A stretch of 64,000 bases of DNA from NCBI RefSeq assembly GCF_006345805.1, contig NC_042998.1, forward strand, positions 115,382,001 through 115,446,000, given 5' to 3'. Position 1 is the first letter of the stretch; every line of letters starts with the position of its first letter. A model generated the notes under the pieces. It saw only the letters and a program-made list of their open reading frames with translations. It searched no databases and was not told the DNA's origin. Positions 49,751-60,927 of the stretch are shown here, piece after piece. The DNA is from Octopus sinensis (lineage: Eukaryota). Both the position numbers and the translations under genes were made by a program.

Positions 49751-49974
49751 ACTTTTGCAAAACGAATCGATGATGTATACGAAAAAATAATATTTTCAGA
49801 AATCTTAGCAGGCTGCCATGATTCTCTTGTTAATGAATAGTAAATTGATTCGAAAACGGAGGTGACGTATAACAAAAACAAAAATGCGGCGCATGTTTTT
49901 GCACTTCCTTCTCCTCCTCCTCCCCCTCCCCCTCCCCTCCTCCTTCTCCTCTCCTTCCGCTGCTACTGCTGTTG

Positions 49975-50930
49975 CAATTATCTGGGATCAAATGATGGGA
50001 AAGGATTCCAACACAGCACCATGAAGGTAAAGTTCTCGAAAGAAAATTATAGGAGAGTAAGACGGATTATGAGATCGGAACTGAAATCCTAGAGAGGGAA
50101 TTGAGCCATTATTCTCTTGCTGTTCTGTTAGTGGTACAGTACTTTTAAATTAAAATATAATTAACTGGAGTATACATGAACTCCAATGAATGTACACTAG
50201 ATCGAGAAAATTAATGACCGCAAACAAGATGCATGTCCACAGAATCTACGTCCCCTGAAAAGAGGGTGGTACAGGTCTCATCTACGATTGGATATTACAG
50301 CTGGTAAATCAACACGAAAAGAACAAAATGTTGTATTCTATCATAAAAGAGGCACAGACATATAAAGGGAACCTTGATGTAAATGATAATGCCGAAGTTG
50401 AAATTCCAACAAAAGCAGCAAAACAAAACAAGCAAAAGTCTAAAAAGGAAGTCCTGAATAAAATGAATAAATGGCAAAAGAAACCGCTCCAAGGTCAGTA
50501 TCCTAAACGAACAGAGGAAGTAGATATAGCTAAAGAACAAACACATCAGTGGTCATGCAGCTTAGGTCTAAAAGCAGAAAGTTTTATAATGGCAGCTCAG
50601 GTCTAAAGAAAGGTTTCATAATGGCAGCTCACAATCAATCTCTTACTCACAACAAACTACCAACAAACGTACTCCACATTGATTCTGAGACAAAGTGTGG
50701 ACTAGGTGATAATAAAATTGAAACCAACAGACCACATCCTAGCTGACTGCTCGAAACTCGCAATAATCGAGTACAAAGCAAAACATAACCGAATGGAGTA
50801 ATACCTACTTTGGAACATCTGTCGTCATAATGACATTTGTTGCCTAAAAACTGGTATGAGCACTACCCGAAAATAGTCACAGAGAATAAGAGAGTTACAG
50901 ACGTATAAATACAACTAGACCTGCATTTAT
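49975..50930 (+). pseudogene. Degraded R4/Dong-type LINE (RT C-terminus to CCHC knuckle)
   Basis: NYLGS...MKVKFSKENYRRVRRIMRSEL; RIYVP*KEGGTGL; WQKKPLQGQYPKR; QWSCSLGLKAESFIMAAQ; KCGLG..IET; multiple stops and frameshifts. Confidence 0.75.
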
Positions 50931-51052
50931 AATCAAAGATCATCGATAGAAAGTTTGGCATCTAATAGTTTGTACCTTTCCTTTACAAACTCCACCTGAA
51001 CAAGTGAGGTAACACCTTTCCGTTACCGAACCAGAAGAAACACGACTTTTGA

Positions 51053-51137
<85 letters not shown>

Positions 51138-51484
51138 ATGTGTGCGTATTATACACACACACACACATATATATATATATACTACATACATAACTAACTT
51201 TGGTTGTAGAACAAACAACAAATTTAAGGTCATCCACTTAACATATCACATCTGGAACATTTAATCACATATAAAGAAACAATATTTCATTTAGACAAGC
51301 ATATGAAAAAATGTGAGTATAGTCTATCGCAATATAAAAATCAAAAATTAATACTTCAGCGTCTAAAAATTTTTTAACATTATAACACCGAGAATAATGA
51401 ATATATAAAAATATTTAAAAAATAGATATATAAATATATAAAAATACGTATATATAAGAAACATATAAATATATAAAGGTATAG

Positions 51485-52570
51485 ATAAAGGTTCATCGAT
51501 TAAGAATTTTTTACGATTAATTGGAATCCGTGGAAAATTTTTACACTGGATTGAGTATTTCCTGATGAACAAAACACACCATTTTGTGGTCGATGGAGTC
51601 CACTCAAGCCCAGAAAAAGACACCAGTGGTGTCCCTCAGGGGACTGTCTAGGTACGCTCGTCTTTATAATCTATATAAACGACCTTTCCAGCGTCGTAAA
51701 ACACAGCAAAGTGAAAATATTTGCTGATGACACTAATCTCCAGGAAATCATCAATGAAGAAGACCAAACTCAACTCCAGTCTGATCTATATGCGGTGAGT
51801 CAATGGGCAGACAAAACCAAAATCAACTAAACGAAGGAAAATTTGAGCTGATGCATTTTTTAAAAAAGACTATGCTAAAATAACCATACTGTCTGTCTTT
51901 AGGGAAACCTCTCACAGTACCTATCAGAGATCGAGGATTAATTGTTGATAACAATCTCAGCTGGAGTACCCACATCGACAATATGGTTGATATAGCTCGT
52001 AGGATGAGCTCCTGGATCCTAAGAATCTTCCGGTCCAGGAAACAAGGTGTCATCATTCCACTTCTCTCCTCCTTTGTATGGCCACACTTCGAATACAGCT
52101 ACCCTGGGATCTTCCCATACAAAACATCACGAAAATTGAATCGCCCCAGATGGCATTCACTAAACGAATTTAGGGCGTGACTGATCTCTATTACTGGGAC
52201 CGCCTTAAGGCATTGAAACTCTATTCTCTTCGGCACCGCCATGAGCGATACATCCTTGTGCGATGTGGGGAATATACCACCAGCATTTCCCAAACGACCT
52301 CAACATTAGCTTCAAAATTCATCCAAGGCTAGGACCACGGGCCATACATCCCCTACTTAATTCAGGATCACAACACATAAATACACTGCAACTCAATTTC
52401 TTTTCATCAACAAGCCCTACTCTATCTAACATTGTCCTGAAACAGATCAAAGAGAAAAAAGATCCCATCACCTTTAAACGGAGTCTGGACAAATTTCTCC
52501 AAGGAATACCAGATAAGACACCTATACCTGAATACAACTCACTCAACATGAACTCCCTACTCGACTGGTG
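51485..52570 (+). pseudogene. Degraded CR1-type LINE reverse transcriptase, 3' part
   Basis: GIRGK..HWIEYFL, SGVPQGTV, IYINDL, VKIFADDTNL, DRGLIVDNNLSWSTHI, FVWPHFEYS; frameshifted. Confidence 0.85.
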
Positions 52571-52761
52571 CTATGAAGTTAGACATGGCCTGGAACAATC
52601 TTTGGTCGAAACATATCTAAGTTTTATCTAAGTAAGTACTCTTCGAAACTTTATCCCTAATAGTGGTTTGGAATTTAACTGTCCTTTCTAGCGTGCAAGG
52701 AATCCGGTGATGGATACCTCTTATGTGTTTAAATGTACACTGTATATATATATATATATAT

Positions 52762-53454
52762 ATATAATATAAAATCCGTTCTGTCTGTCTGTGTGTGTGT
52801 CTTCTAGGATCTCGGGCATCCTCCGATTGCGCTCAAATTTGATATGTAGATACCGACGGTATAAGGGCGTGTATAAGTCTTGAAAAAATTATAGAAATCG
52901 ATTCCAGGTGAGAATGCGATCGGTAAAGCCGTGGGACCGTGCATTTTTATACGCAAATATATCAGCTGTTGCGATTGATACTAAGCGTACGCGAGTAAAA
53001 TGCACGTGCGGTTTGCGCAAAAAAATTATCATGCTTTTCCATCTAGATTTACCTCCAGCTTGCCCATTTGCATGCATCGTTTTTGTCCTGCTTTTCTTCC
53101 GTCAACCTATACATAACTGCACCTTCCATTTTTTGTTGTTTTTGTACTGCTTAAAGGCACGTTTCTTTCCTGCCAAGCTTACTGTTTAAACCATGTTTGT
53201 GTTCTCCCAGTGAACAGCCTTATCATTACTGGTACTTTAAACTCTTCGGTGGCATATTTGTGTGAATAAAATCTTTTTTCCTTTGGAATAGAAAAAATGC
53301 CTATCTTTATTTCTTGTTCGTGTCTCAAATTTAAGTTAAATCAGTGTTTCTGACAGGGGAGGCCTAGGGGACGGTTGGACAAGTTGTTTTGAGAAAATTT
53401 GGTTTAAATATTTGACAACTCACCACCGTCCATTGGACGGGACCGTTTTGCTCG
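52762..53454 (+). mobile_element. Non-autonomous Helitron-like element, copy 2
   Basis: Colinear with 11432-12059; subterminal hairpin CCGTCC-ATT-GGACGG (53426-53440), end CTCG; inserted in (TA)n. Confidence 0.65.
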
Positions 53455-53496
53455 TATATATATATATATATATATGTGTATTATATATATATATAT

Positions 53497-53497
<1 letters not shown>

Positions 53498-53578
<81 letters not shown>

Positions 53579-53690
53579 GTCTATATATAGAGAGATAGAT
53601 TGATGTCTATATATAGAGAGATAGATAGATGTCTATATATAGAGAGATAGAGAAAGAGTGAGAGAGAGAGAGAGAGAGAGAGACAGGGGT
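53498..53690. repeat. (GATA)n/(GA)n microsatellite
   Basis: Direct reading. Confidence 0.95.
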
Positions 53691-54604
53691 AAAAGAGAGA
53701 AAAAAGAGAGTGAGAGAGCAAGCGATAGAGAGAAAGTAAGAAATACAGATAAAAATGTTGAAAGTTGTAGGGAAATCATGTTTCTCTCACTTACCAATTT
53801 CACATTTCACACTTTCAGTGAGGTTTCAGTTTTTCTCATTTGACACATTCTCTCTCATCATTATTTCCACACCTCAAAATATTTCCATCTCTTTTCTCTG
53901 TATTTCTCTCTTAGTCTCTTCAACCTATAATTTTAGCTTATCTATTTTCTCTATTTCTTTCTCTCCCTCTTCCTCTTTCTTCTTGTCTATCATATTTAAT
54001 CCTAACCTTTTTGTTCTACATCTTTATCATTTTTTGCTTATAGTCATTAATTTGTTCGAATACTTTATCAGTATTACAAATCAACGTCAAGCAACATGAA
54101 AAATATGATAAATATTTTACGAGACATTAAGACAAGAACCAGGAATTTAACAAAGGCTAACGAAATATAGAAGTCAGGTATAACTATCCACAAAGTTCAT
54201 ACTAATAGGACCCTCTCCAAAACGTTCGTTCTTTATTTTGCTTCACTGCATCTGTCATTGTATAATTATACATGCATACATATATATGTGTGCACACATA
54301 TGTGTGTGTGTATTTTTATACATATGTGTGAGTGCATGTGTGTATGTGTATAGATATAAACACATGCATACGCGTACACAAATGTACACGTATAGTTACG
54401 TAGATATATGTGTTTGTATATTTTTGTCCGCGTCCTTTAGTAATAGTGCACCTCGAATATAAAGTTCCAAGTTATATGCACAAAATATTAAAAAGGATCG
54501 ATATAACCATGTGAAGGTAGCCTTGCAACATTGGTGCAACCGGGAAACTTTAGCCTGTAAAACGAGAAATTTACACATATACACGCATATATGTTTATAA
54601 TAAA

Positions 54605-54800
54605 GGCGACGAGCTGACAGAATCCTTAGCACGCCGGGCGAAATGCTCAGCAGTATTTCGTCTGCCGTTACGTTGAGTTCAAATTCATCCTTTCGGGGTC
54701 GATTAAATAAGTACCAGTTACGCACTGAGGACGATGTAATCGATTTAATCCCTTTGTTTGACCCCTTTGTGTTTAGCCCCCTGTGAGCAATAAAGAAATA
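54605..54800 (+). mobile_element. SINE family A
   Basis: GGCGACGAGCTGACAGAATCCTTAGCACGCCGGGCGAAATGC...GAGTTCAAATT. Confidence 0.8.
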
Positions 54801-55354
54801 TATACTTATCATATATTAACTTTAATTTCAGATATAGCAAGTATATTTCAACCTTTAGACACCCTGAGAAGAGACACGAAACAAACCTCCCGAGATTAAT
54901 CTGGAAACTTAAAGACGAGAACATAAGCTAAAATCTCAAATGGAAGATCCTTTGTGAGACTAAATATCATATTAATGGTTCAAGATATTCTTCGCTTGAA
55001 AATCTGAATCTCTTTAAGACCCTAAGAGCCTCTATTTACTGTAAGTACCAGAAGCGATATTTTGTCTTTATGTGCACATTTAAAAAAAAATGCATCTTAG
55101 CAGAAATGAAGTATTGGTTTATTAAATCAGGATATTCGTAAGGCACTGGTTGTATTTAGTGTGAAGTTAACTATCTCTACTCAGTTTCTGTTTTTCTAAA
55201 TGCGCGTGCTCATTCAAGCGTCAATTACATCAGATGAGTAACTAAAACATCTTGATAAATAGCAAAATAAATATTTCAGTCAGAAAAATGTGGGTAACTC
55301 TATTTCACAATTAATATTAATATTAATAATAATAATAATAATAATAATTATTAT

Positions 55355-55731
55355 TGGCTGACGATATGTGCATCTCTGATCACGAGCAGAAGTAGTGGGG
55401 GAGCATCATAGCCATGTGTTGAGAGGGATTCTTTGGGGTTTGAATTATTCACCTCTGGAAACATGGGTGGTTCTTTCAACATCCTTAAACAACCCTTATT
55501 CAGGGACCTTTTGAGCGGGATGGGCTACTCAACCTGAAGAAAATTCTAACTGGGCCCCACCTGCAAGGTTATGTGCTGTTTATCTTGATATGAGATCACC
55601 ATGTCGCGCACATATGGTTGTGATGCATGTGCCTGGTGTACCTTTATCAGACGGGTAGTCATGATGGGTATATTGGGCTTCGTATATTTTACCCCAGTGT
55701 CACTTTGATGGCATGCACTGCTCTCTCACTC
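55355..55731 (+). mobile_element. AAT-embedded family, copy 3 (5'-truncated; duplicated at 56551-56927)
   Basis: Reverse complement of the 46108 copy; (AAT)n on both sides. Confidence 0.85.
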
Positions 55732-55750
55732 AATAACAATAATAATAATA

Positions 55751-55804
<54 letters not shown>

Positions 55805-55807
<3 letters not shown>

Positions 55808-56130
55808 TGGAAACCAAATAATGTTGTGGTAGATAAAGGAATAAAAGAAATCAAGATTATATATACTGCAATACCTGGGGATGCACGCAAAAATGACAAA
55901 GAACTAGAAACATTGAAAACTACAGACTTCTAAAAGACGAAATTGCAAGAATGTGGATCATGAGGAGAGTGTCTGTCATTCCAGTAGTTGTTTGAGCACT
56001 CGGAGCACTAACAACCAAGTTCGAGAAATATTTCAGAAGAATCGGAATTGACATGGAGTAGATCAATCCCCCAAAACTGCGCTGCTGGCGACAGCTACGA
56101 TATTGAGATTGGTACTTGGATGTTAAATGT
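55805..56130 (+). pseudogene. R4/Dong-type RLE endonuclease C-terminus (duplicated at ~56995-57320)
   Basis: KPNNVVVDK..IYTAIPGDAR..KELE / YRLLKDEIARMW..VSVIPVVV*ALG / KTALLATATILRLVL; frameshifts and stop. Confidence 0.85.
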
Positions 56131-56314
56131 CTACCAGGATAATTAGCAACAAAGTACCAAAGTGCAGAAAGAGACCCTGTGAGACCTCTGACAGCAGGCT
56201 GCTGTCCGCTGTCACAGAATCTACCAGAGCAAACAAGATCAATCGCTCTGAGAAGTAAAACAAAAGGGAAAAAATCCTTTCTACTAAAGGCACAAGGCCT
56301 GAAGTTTGGGGCGA

Positions 56315-56490
56315 AGGTGGTAAGTCGATTACATCGACCCCAGTACTCAGCTGGTACATATTTCATCGACCCCGAAAGAATGAAAGGCAAGGTCGAGCTC
56401 AGCAGAATTTCAACTCAGAAAGTAAAGACAAACGAAATGCCGCTAAGCCTTTGGCCCGGCGTGCTAACATTTCCTCCGGCTCGCTGCCAC
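56315..56490 (-). mobile_element. SINE family A (duplicated at ~57505-57679)
   Basis: Minus: GGCAGCGAGCCGGAGGAAATGTTAGCACGCCGGGCC...CTGAGTTGAAATTCTGC. Confidence 0.75.
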
Positions 56491-56544
<54 letters not shown>

Positions 56545-56933
56545 TATTATTGGCTGACGATATGTGCATCTCTGATCACGAGCAGAAGTAGTGGGGGAGC
56601 ATCATAGCCATGTGTTGAGAGGGATTCTTTGGGGTTTGAATTATTCACCTCTGGAAACATGGGTGGTTCTTTCAACATCCTTAAACAACCCTTATTCAGG
56701 GACCTTTTGAGCGGGATGGGCTACTCAACCTGAAGAAAATTCTAACTGGGCCCCACCTGCAAGGTTATGTGCTGTTTATCTTGATATGAGATCACCATGT
56801 CGCGCACATATGGTTGTGATGCATGTGCCTGGTGTACCTTTATCAGACGGGTAGTCATGATGGGTATATTGGGCTTCGTATATTTTACCCCAGTGTCACT
56901 TTGATGGCATGCACTGCTCTCTCACTCAATAAC

Positions 56934-56995
<62 letters not shown>

Positions 56996-57679
56996 TGGAA
57001 ACCAAATAATGTTGTGGTAGATAAAGGAATAAAAGAAATCAAGATTATATATACTGCAATACCTGGGGATGCACGCAAAAATGACAAAGAACTAGAAAAC
57101 ATTGAAAACTACAGACTTCTAAAAGACGAAATTGCAAGAATGTGGATCATGAGGAGAGTGTCTGTCATTCCAGTAGTTGTTTGAGCACTCGGAGCACTAA
57201 CAACCAAGTTCGAGAAATATTTCAGAAGAATCGGAATTGACATGGGAGTAGATCAATCCCCCAAAACTGCGCTGCTGGCGACAGCTACGATATTGAGATT
57301 GGTACTGGATGTTAAATGTCTACCAGGATAATTAGCAACAAAGTACCAAAGTGCAGAAAGAGACCCTGTGAGACCTCTGACAGCAGGCTGCTGTCCGCTG
57401 TCACAGAATCTACCAGAGCAAACAAGATCAATCGCTCTGAGAAGTAAAACAAAAGGGAAAAAATCCTTTCTACTAAAGGCACAAGGCCTGAAGTTTGGGG
57501 CGAAGGTGGTAAGTCGATTACATCGACCCCAGTACTCAGCTGGTACATATTTCATCGACCCCGAAAGAATGAAAGGCAAGGTCGAGCTCAGCAGAATTTC
57601 AACTCAGAAAGTAAAGACAAACGAAATGCCGCTAAGCCTTTGGCCCGGCGTGCTAACATTTCCTCCGGCTCGCTGCCAC

Positions 57680-57737
<58 letters not shown>

Positions 57738-57792
57738 GAAGCAATAATGATAATGAGAATAATGATAATAATGATAATATATATATATATAT

Positions 57793-57794
<2 letters not shown>

Positions 57795-57886
<92 letters not shown>
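57795..57886. repeat. (GATA)n microsatellite
   Basis: Direct reading. Confidence 0.95.
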
Positions 57887-57887
<1 letters not shown>

Positions 57888-58500
57888 TGCCTTTCAATCA
57901 GTCTTGGCCTTACTCCCTAACTTACATTCTTCACATATCAGAAAGTTGTGCTACGGCGTTACAATGAATATCTCTAGATTTTTCTGTGGCAGAACATGAA
58001 GTGCACGGATAAAAACAAGAAAGAAACCGACAAGATACCCCCGGGTATAAGCAGCTGTTTTGTTTCTTATTTCGGTAATTGAAAAAAATATATATATAAT
58101 AATAATTAAATAAATAAAATCTTATTGCTAATTACTGTGTAATCTCTAAAAAGAAAATCAGCCAATCCATACATATCCTACAAACACACACATATAGATA
58201 TATATATATCAGATATCACACACTAGCTCATATAAAAAAAAAACAAATAGACATGCATGTTCACAAAGAGAGATCTAGGTCATTTTCATCTTCTTTCTCC
58301 ATATTTCTAATTTATTTCTGACATAAATATTTTTTGTTAGTGGTTTTTTTAGCGTTTCTTCTATTTTGTGGAGAGAAACAGAGGCTGTGATAGTATCTTT
58401 ACCGCAGGAATCAGTTGTTTGTTTGTTGTGTTAAACCGAGATAGTTATACCGAGAGAGATACGCGCATACATATATATAAAATACACGTGTATGTATGTG

Positions 58501-58581
<81 letters not shown>

Positions 58582-59665
58582 GTATTTATATATGTGTGTT
58601 TTTTTGTGTGTGCATATGTATATATATATATATATGTCAGTGTGAATGTATGTAAAAACGAGTTAATCTACATATATCACACAAATATATTTATATACAT
58701 GTGTGTATATGTGAAAGTATATATACATATATATATTAAGATACACGCTCTAACGCACGCAGGCACAAACGCACACACACACACATATACGTATATGCCC
58801 GTCCGTGCGTGCATATATTTATTTATTTGCATACATAACAATTGCATTGTGAGATTGTCATATAGTCGTTTACAATCCCAAGTTTCTAAATTATCGAAAT
58901 ATTTCATCGCAGCTCTGCAACCCAGAAGAGTACATAAATACTCTGCTTATACTAAGGAATAATAACTAACAGGTTTTAAAAAGTTTCACGTATAATTCTT
59001 CGCCTTCCTTTTTCTCTTCCCTCTCTATTCTATGTTTCGTTTCTTTCTGCTCCTAGTTATATTAATGTCCACATATTTCGGTATTATACAAAAAGTATCG
59101 TTTTGAATTTAGCCTCTTGTATATTTGCACGAGTATGAATCATAATATTTCGTGGATCTACTTTCGTGGATCGCTGAAGTGCTATTTTATGAAACTTTCT
59201 CTTGTGCAATTATTTATGTATTTTATAAACTTCTCTTTTTACCTTGTAAATTTAGCACATAGTCAAAGCTGTTTTTATAAAGAGAACTCATTAATAACAT
59301 AATTTTTAATTTCTTCTTTTCTCTAGTGATAGGGATTTCTACTTTTATATATGTTCTCTGGATAATTTTAGAGTCTCTCACAGTTTACATGCAAAATCTA
59401 ACAGTATTTTAAGACAACTAATATTTTCTTCACACGAGCACACACAAATACCCCCACACATACACACACGCAGAAACTCCTCCTCAACATTTGTATATCG
59501 CTGATTGACGGATGAATATCACCTGCTGAAATGGTGTGGTTACGTAAGAAGCTGAATTATATAATTGTATGTAGTGTATTTAGATGATTAAATAAATAAT
59601 TACCCTATTGAAATACGTTTAGAACAGTTCATTCATCGTTTAGTATATATGTATATATATATATA

Positions 59666-60175
59666 TTAATTGTTATCGCCATATTAATATGGCATACTTA
59701 TAGATATAAGAATAATCGCTGCCGCTGGTCAGCTCCATGAGGCCACCGCCTTAAGATAGCTATTGATACACGATCTGTATCCATTATAACCTTCGAACAA
59801 GGGAGGTCAGCCGCTTCACACTGCCAGTCCGACAGCTACAGACGCGTTTCGGGGTATTGCCCCTTGTCAATGTAGCGCAGTCAGACCCCGTAGGTGTCGC
59901 CACTGACGTCTCTGTTCGAAGGCTTATATTTACCTAGTTTCAGTGGAATACATCCACTTGTTTTCAATAATAGAAATATTAAAATACCCCGAAACGCGTC
60001 TGTAGCTGTCGGACTGGCAGTGGGAAGCGGCTGACCTCCCTTGTTCGAAGGTTATAATGGATACAGATCGTGTATCAATAGCTATCTTAAGGCGGTGGCC
60101 TCATAGAGCTGACCAGCGGCAGCGATTATTCTTATATCTATAAGAATGCCATATTAATATGGCGATAACAGTTAA
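59666..60175. repeat. 193-bp inverted repeat (59666-59858 / 59983-60175), PLE terminal-repeat-like
   Basis: Four mismatches by eye; 124-bp spacer; overlaps a hammerhead motif. Confidence 0.97.
59835..59876 (-). ncRNA. Minimal type I hammerhead with U3-A8 core
   Basis: Minus: GCTACA-TTGACAA-GGGG-CAATA-CCCC-GAAAC-GC-GTC-TGTAGC; perfect 6-bp stem I and 4-bp stem II, palindrome ACGCGT. Confidence 0.88.
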
Positions 60176-60257
60176 TTTCCAGTAAACGCTGTCGTAATCT
60201 CTTTTATAGAGACTTAGTAATTTTAGTATTTCTATTATATATATATATATATATATA

Positions 60258-60568
60258 ATTTTTTTTCAGAATGAGATAAAAAAAACCCAAGGCTGTGAAG
60301 ATTTTAGAACATTTCTAAATAGAAGGTGTTACAGCTGTTTCCAGTATATTCATTATATCTCTTCATCGGAGATGGTGTGAGAAAAGGGTTTAGCAATAGA
60401 AAATATAGATTCATTCTCTATTTCGTATCTCATCTAAATTAACTATCGCTTAACCATTCTCTCACACCGTCTCTGATGAAGGGATATAATAACTATCCTG
60501 GAAACAGCTGTAGGCCTTCTATTTATAAATCTTCACAGCCTTGGCTTTTTATCTGAGTCTGAATTTTG
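60258..60568. repeat. Diverged ~140-bp inverted repeat with a hammerhead motif in each arm
   Basis: ~60258-60410 vs reverse complement of ~60440-60568; left motif 60326-60373 (minus) is degenerate. Confidence 0.85.
60469..60516 (+). ncRNA. Type I hammerhead motif
   Basis: GTCT-CTGATGA-A-GGGATA-TAATAAC-TATCCT-G-GAAAC-AGCT-GTA-GGCC; palindrome ACAGCTGT; stem I weakened. Confidence 0.72.
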
Positions 60569-60893
60569 TTTTATATATACAAACGCTAATATATGACCTA
60601 CGTTGGACTTCTTATTCGCATAATCACCGAACTTGGAGCTTAAATATGGTCTATCCATAGCACTTGCTCAGCATTACGTGAGACCCTTGCGTCTTACTGA
60701 CAACATTACCTCCCATATATGTATGTATGTATGTATGTATGAATGTATGTATGTATGCATGCTTGCATACATTTATGTATGTATATCATTATTCTGTATA
60801 TTGCAAGATTCCTTGGCAATAGAGAGAGAACCGGTTTCTAACCTAGATTCCTTCATTGGAATTTCAAAATCAACAACTGTGTATTTTTGTATG

Positions 60894-60927
<34 letters not shown>

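Larger units (their letters stand above)
55355..57679. repeat. Near-identical tandem duplication, unit ~1.19 kb
   Basis: 55355-56490 vs 56551-57679; differences seen are (AAT)n length and two 1-bp indels. Confidence 0.95.
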
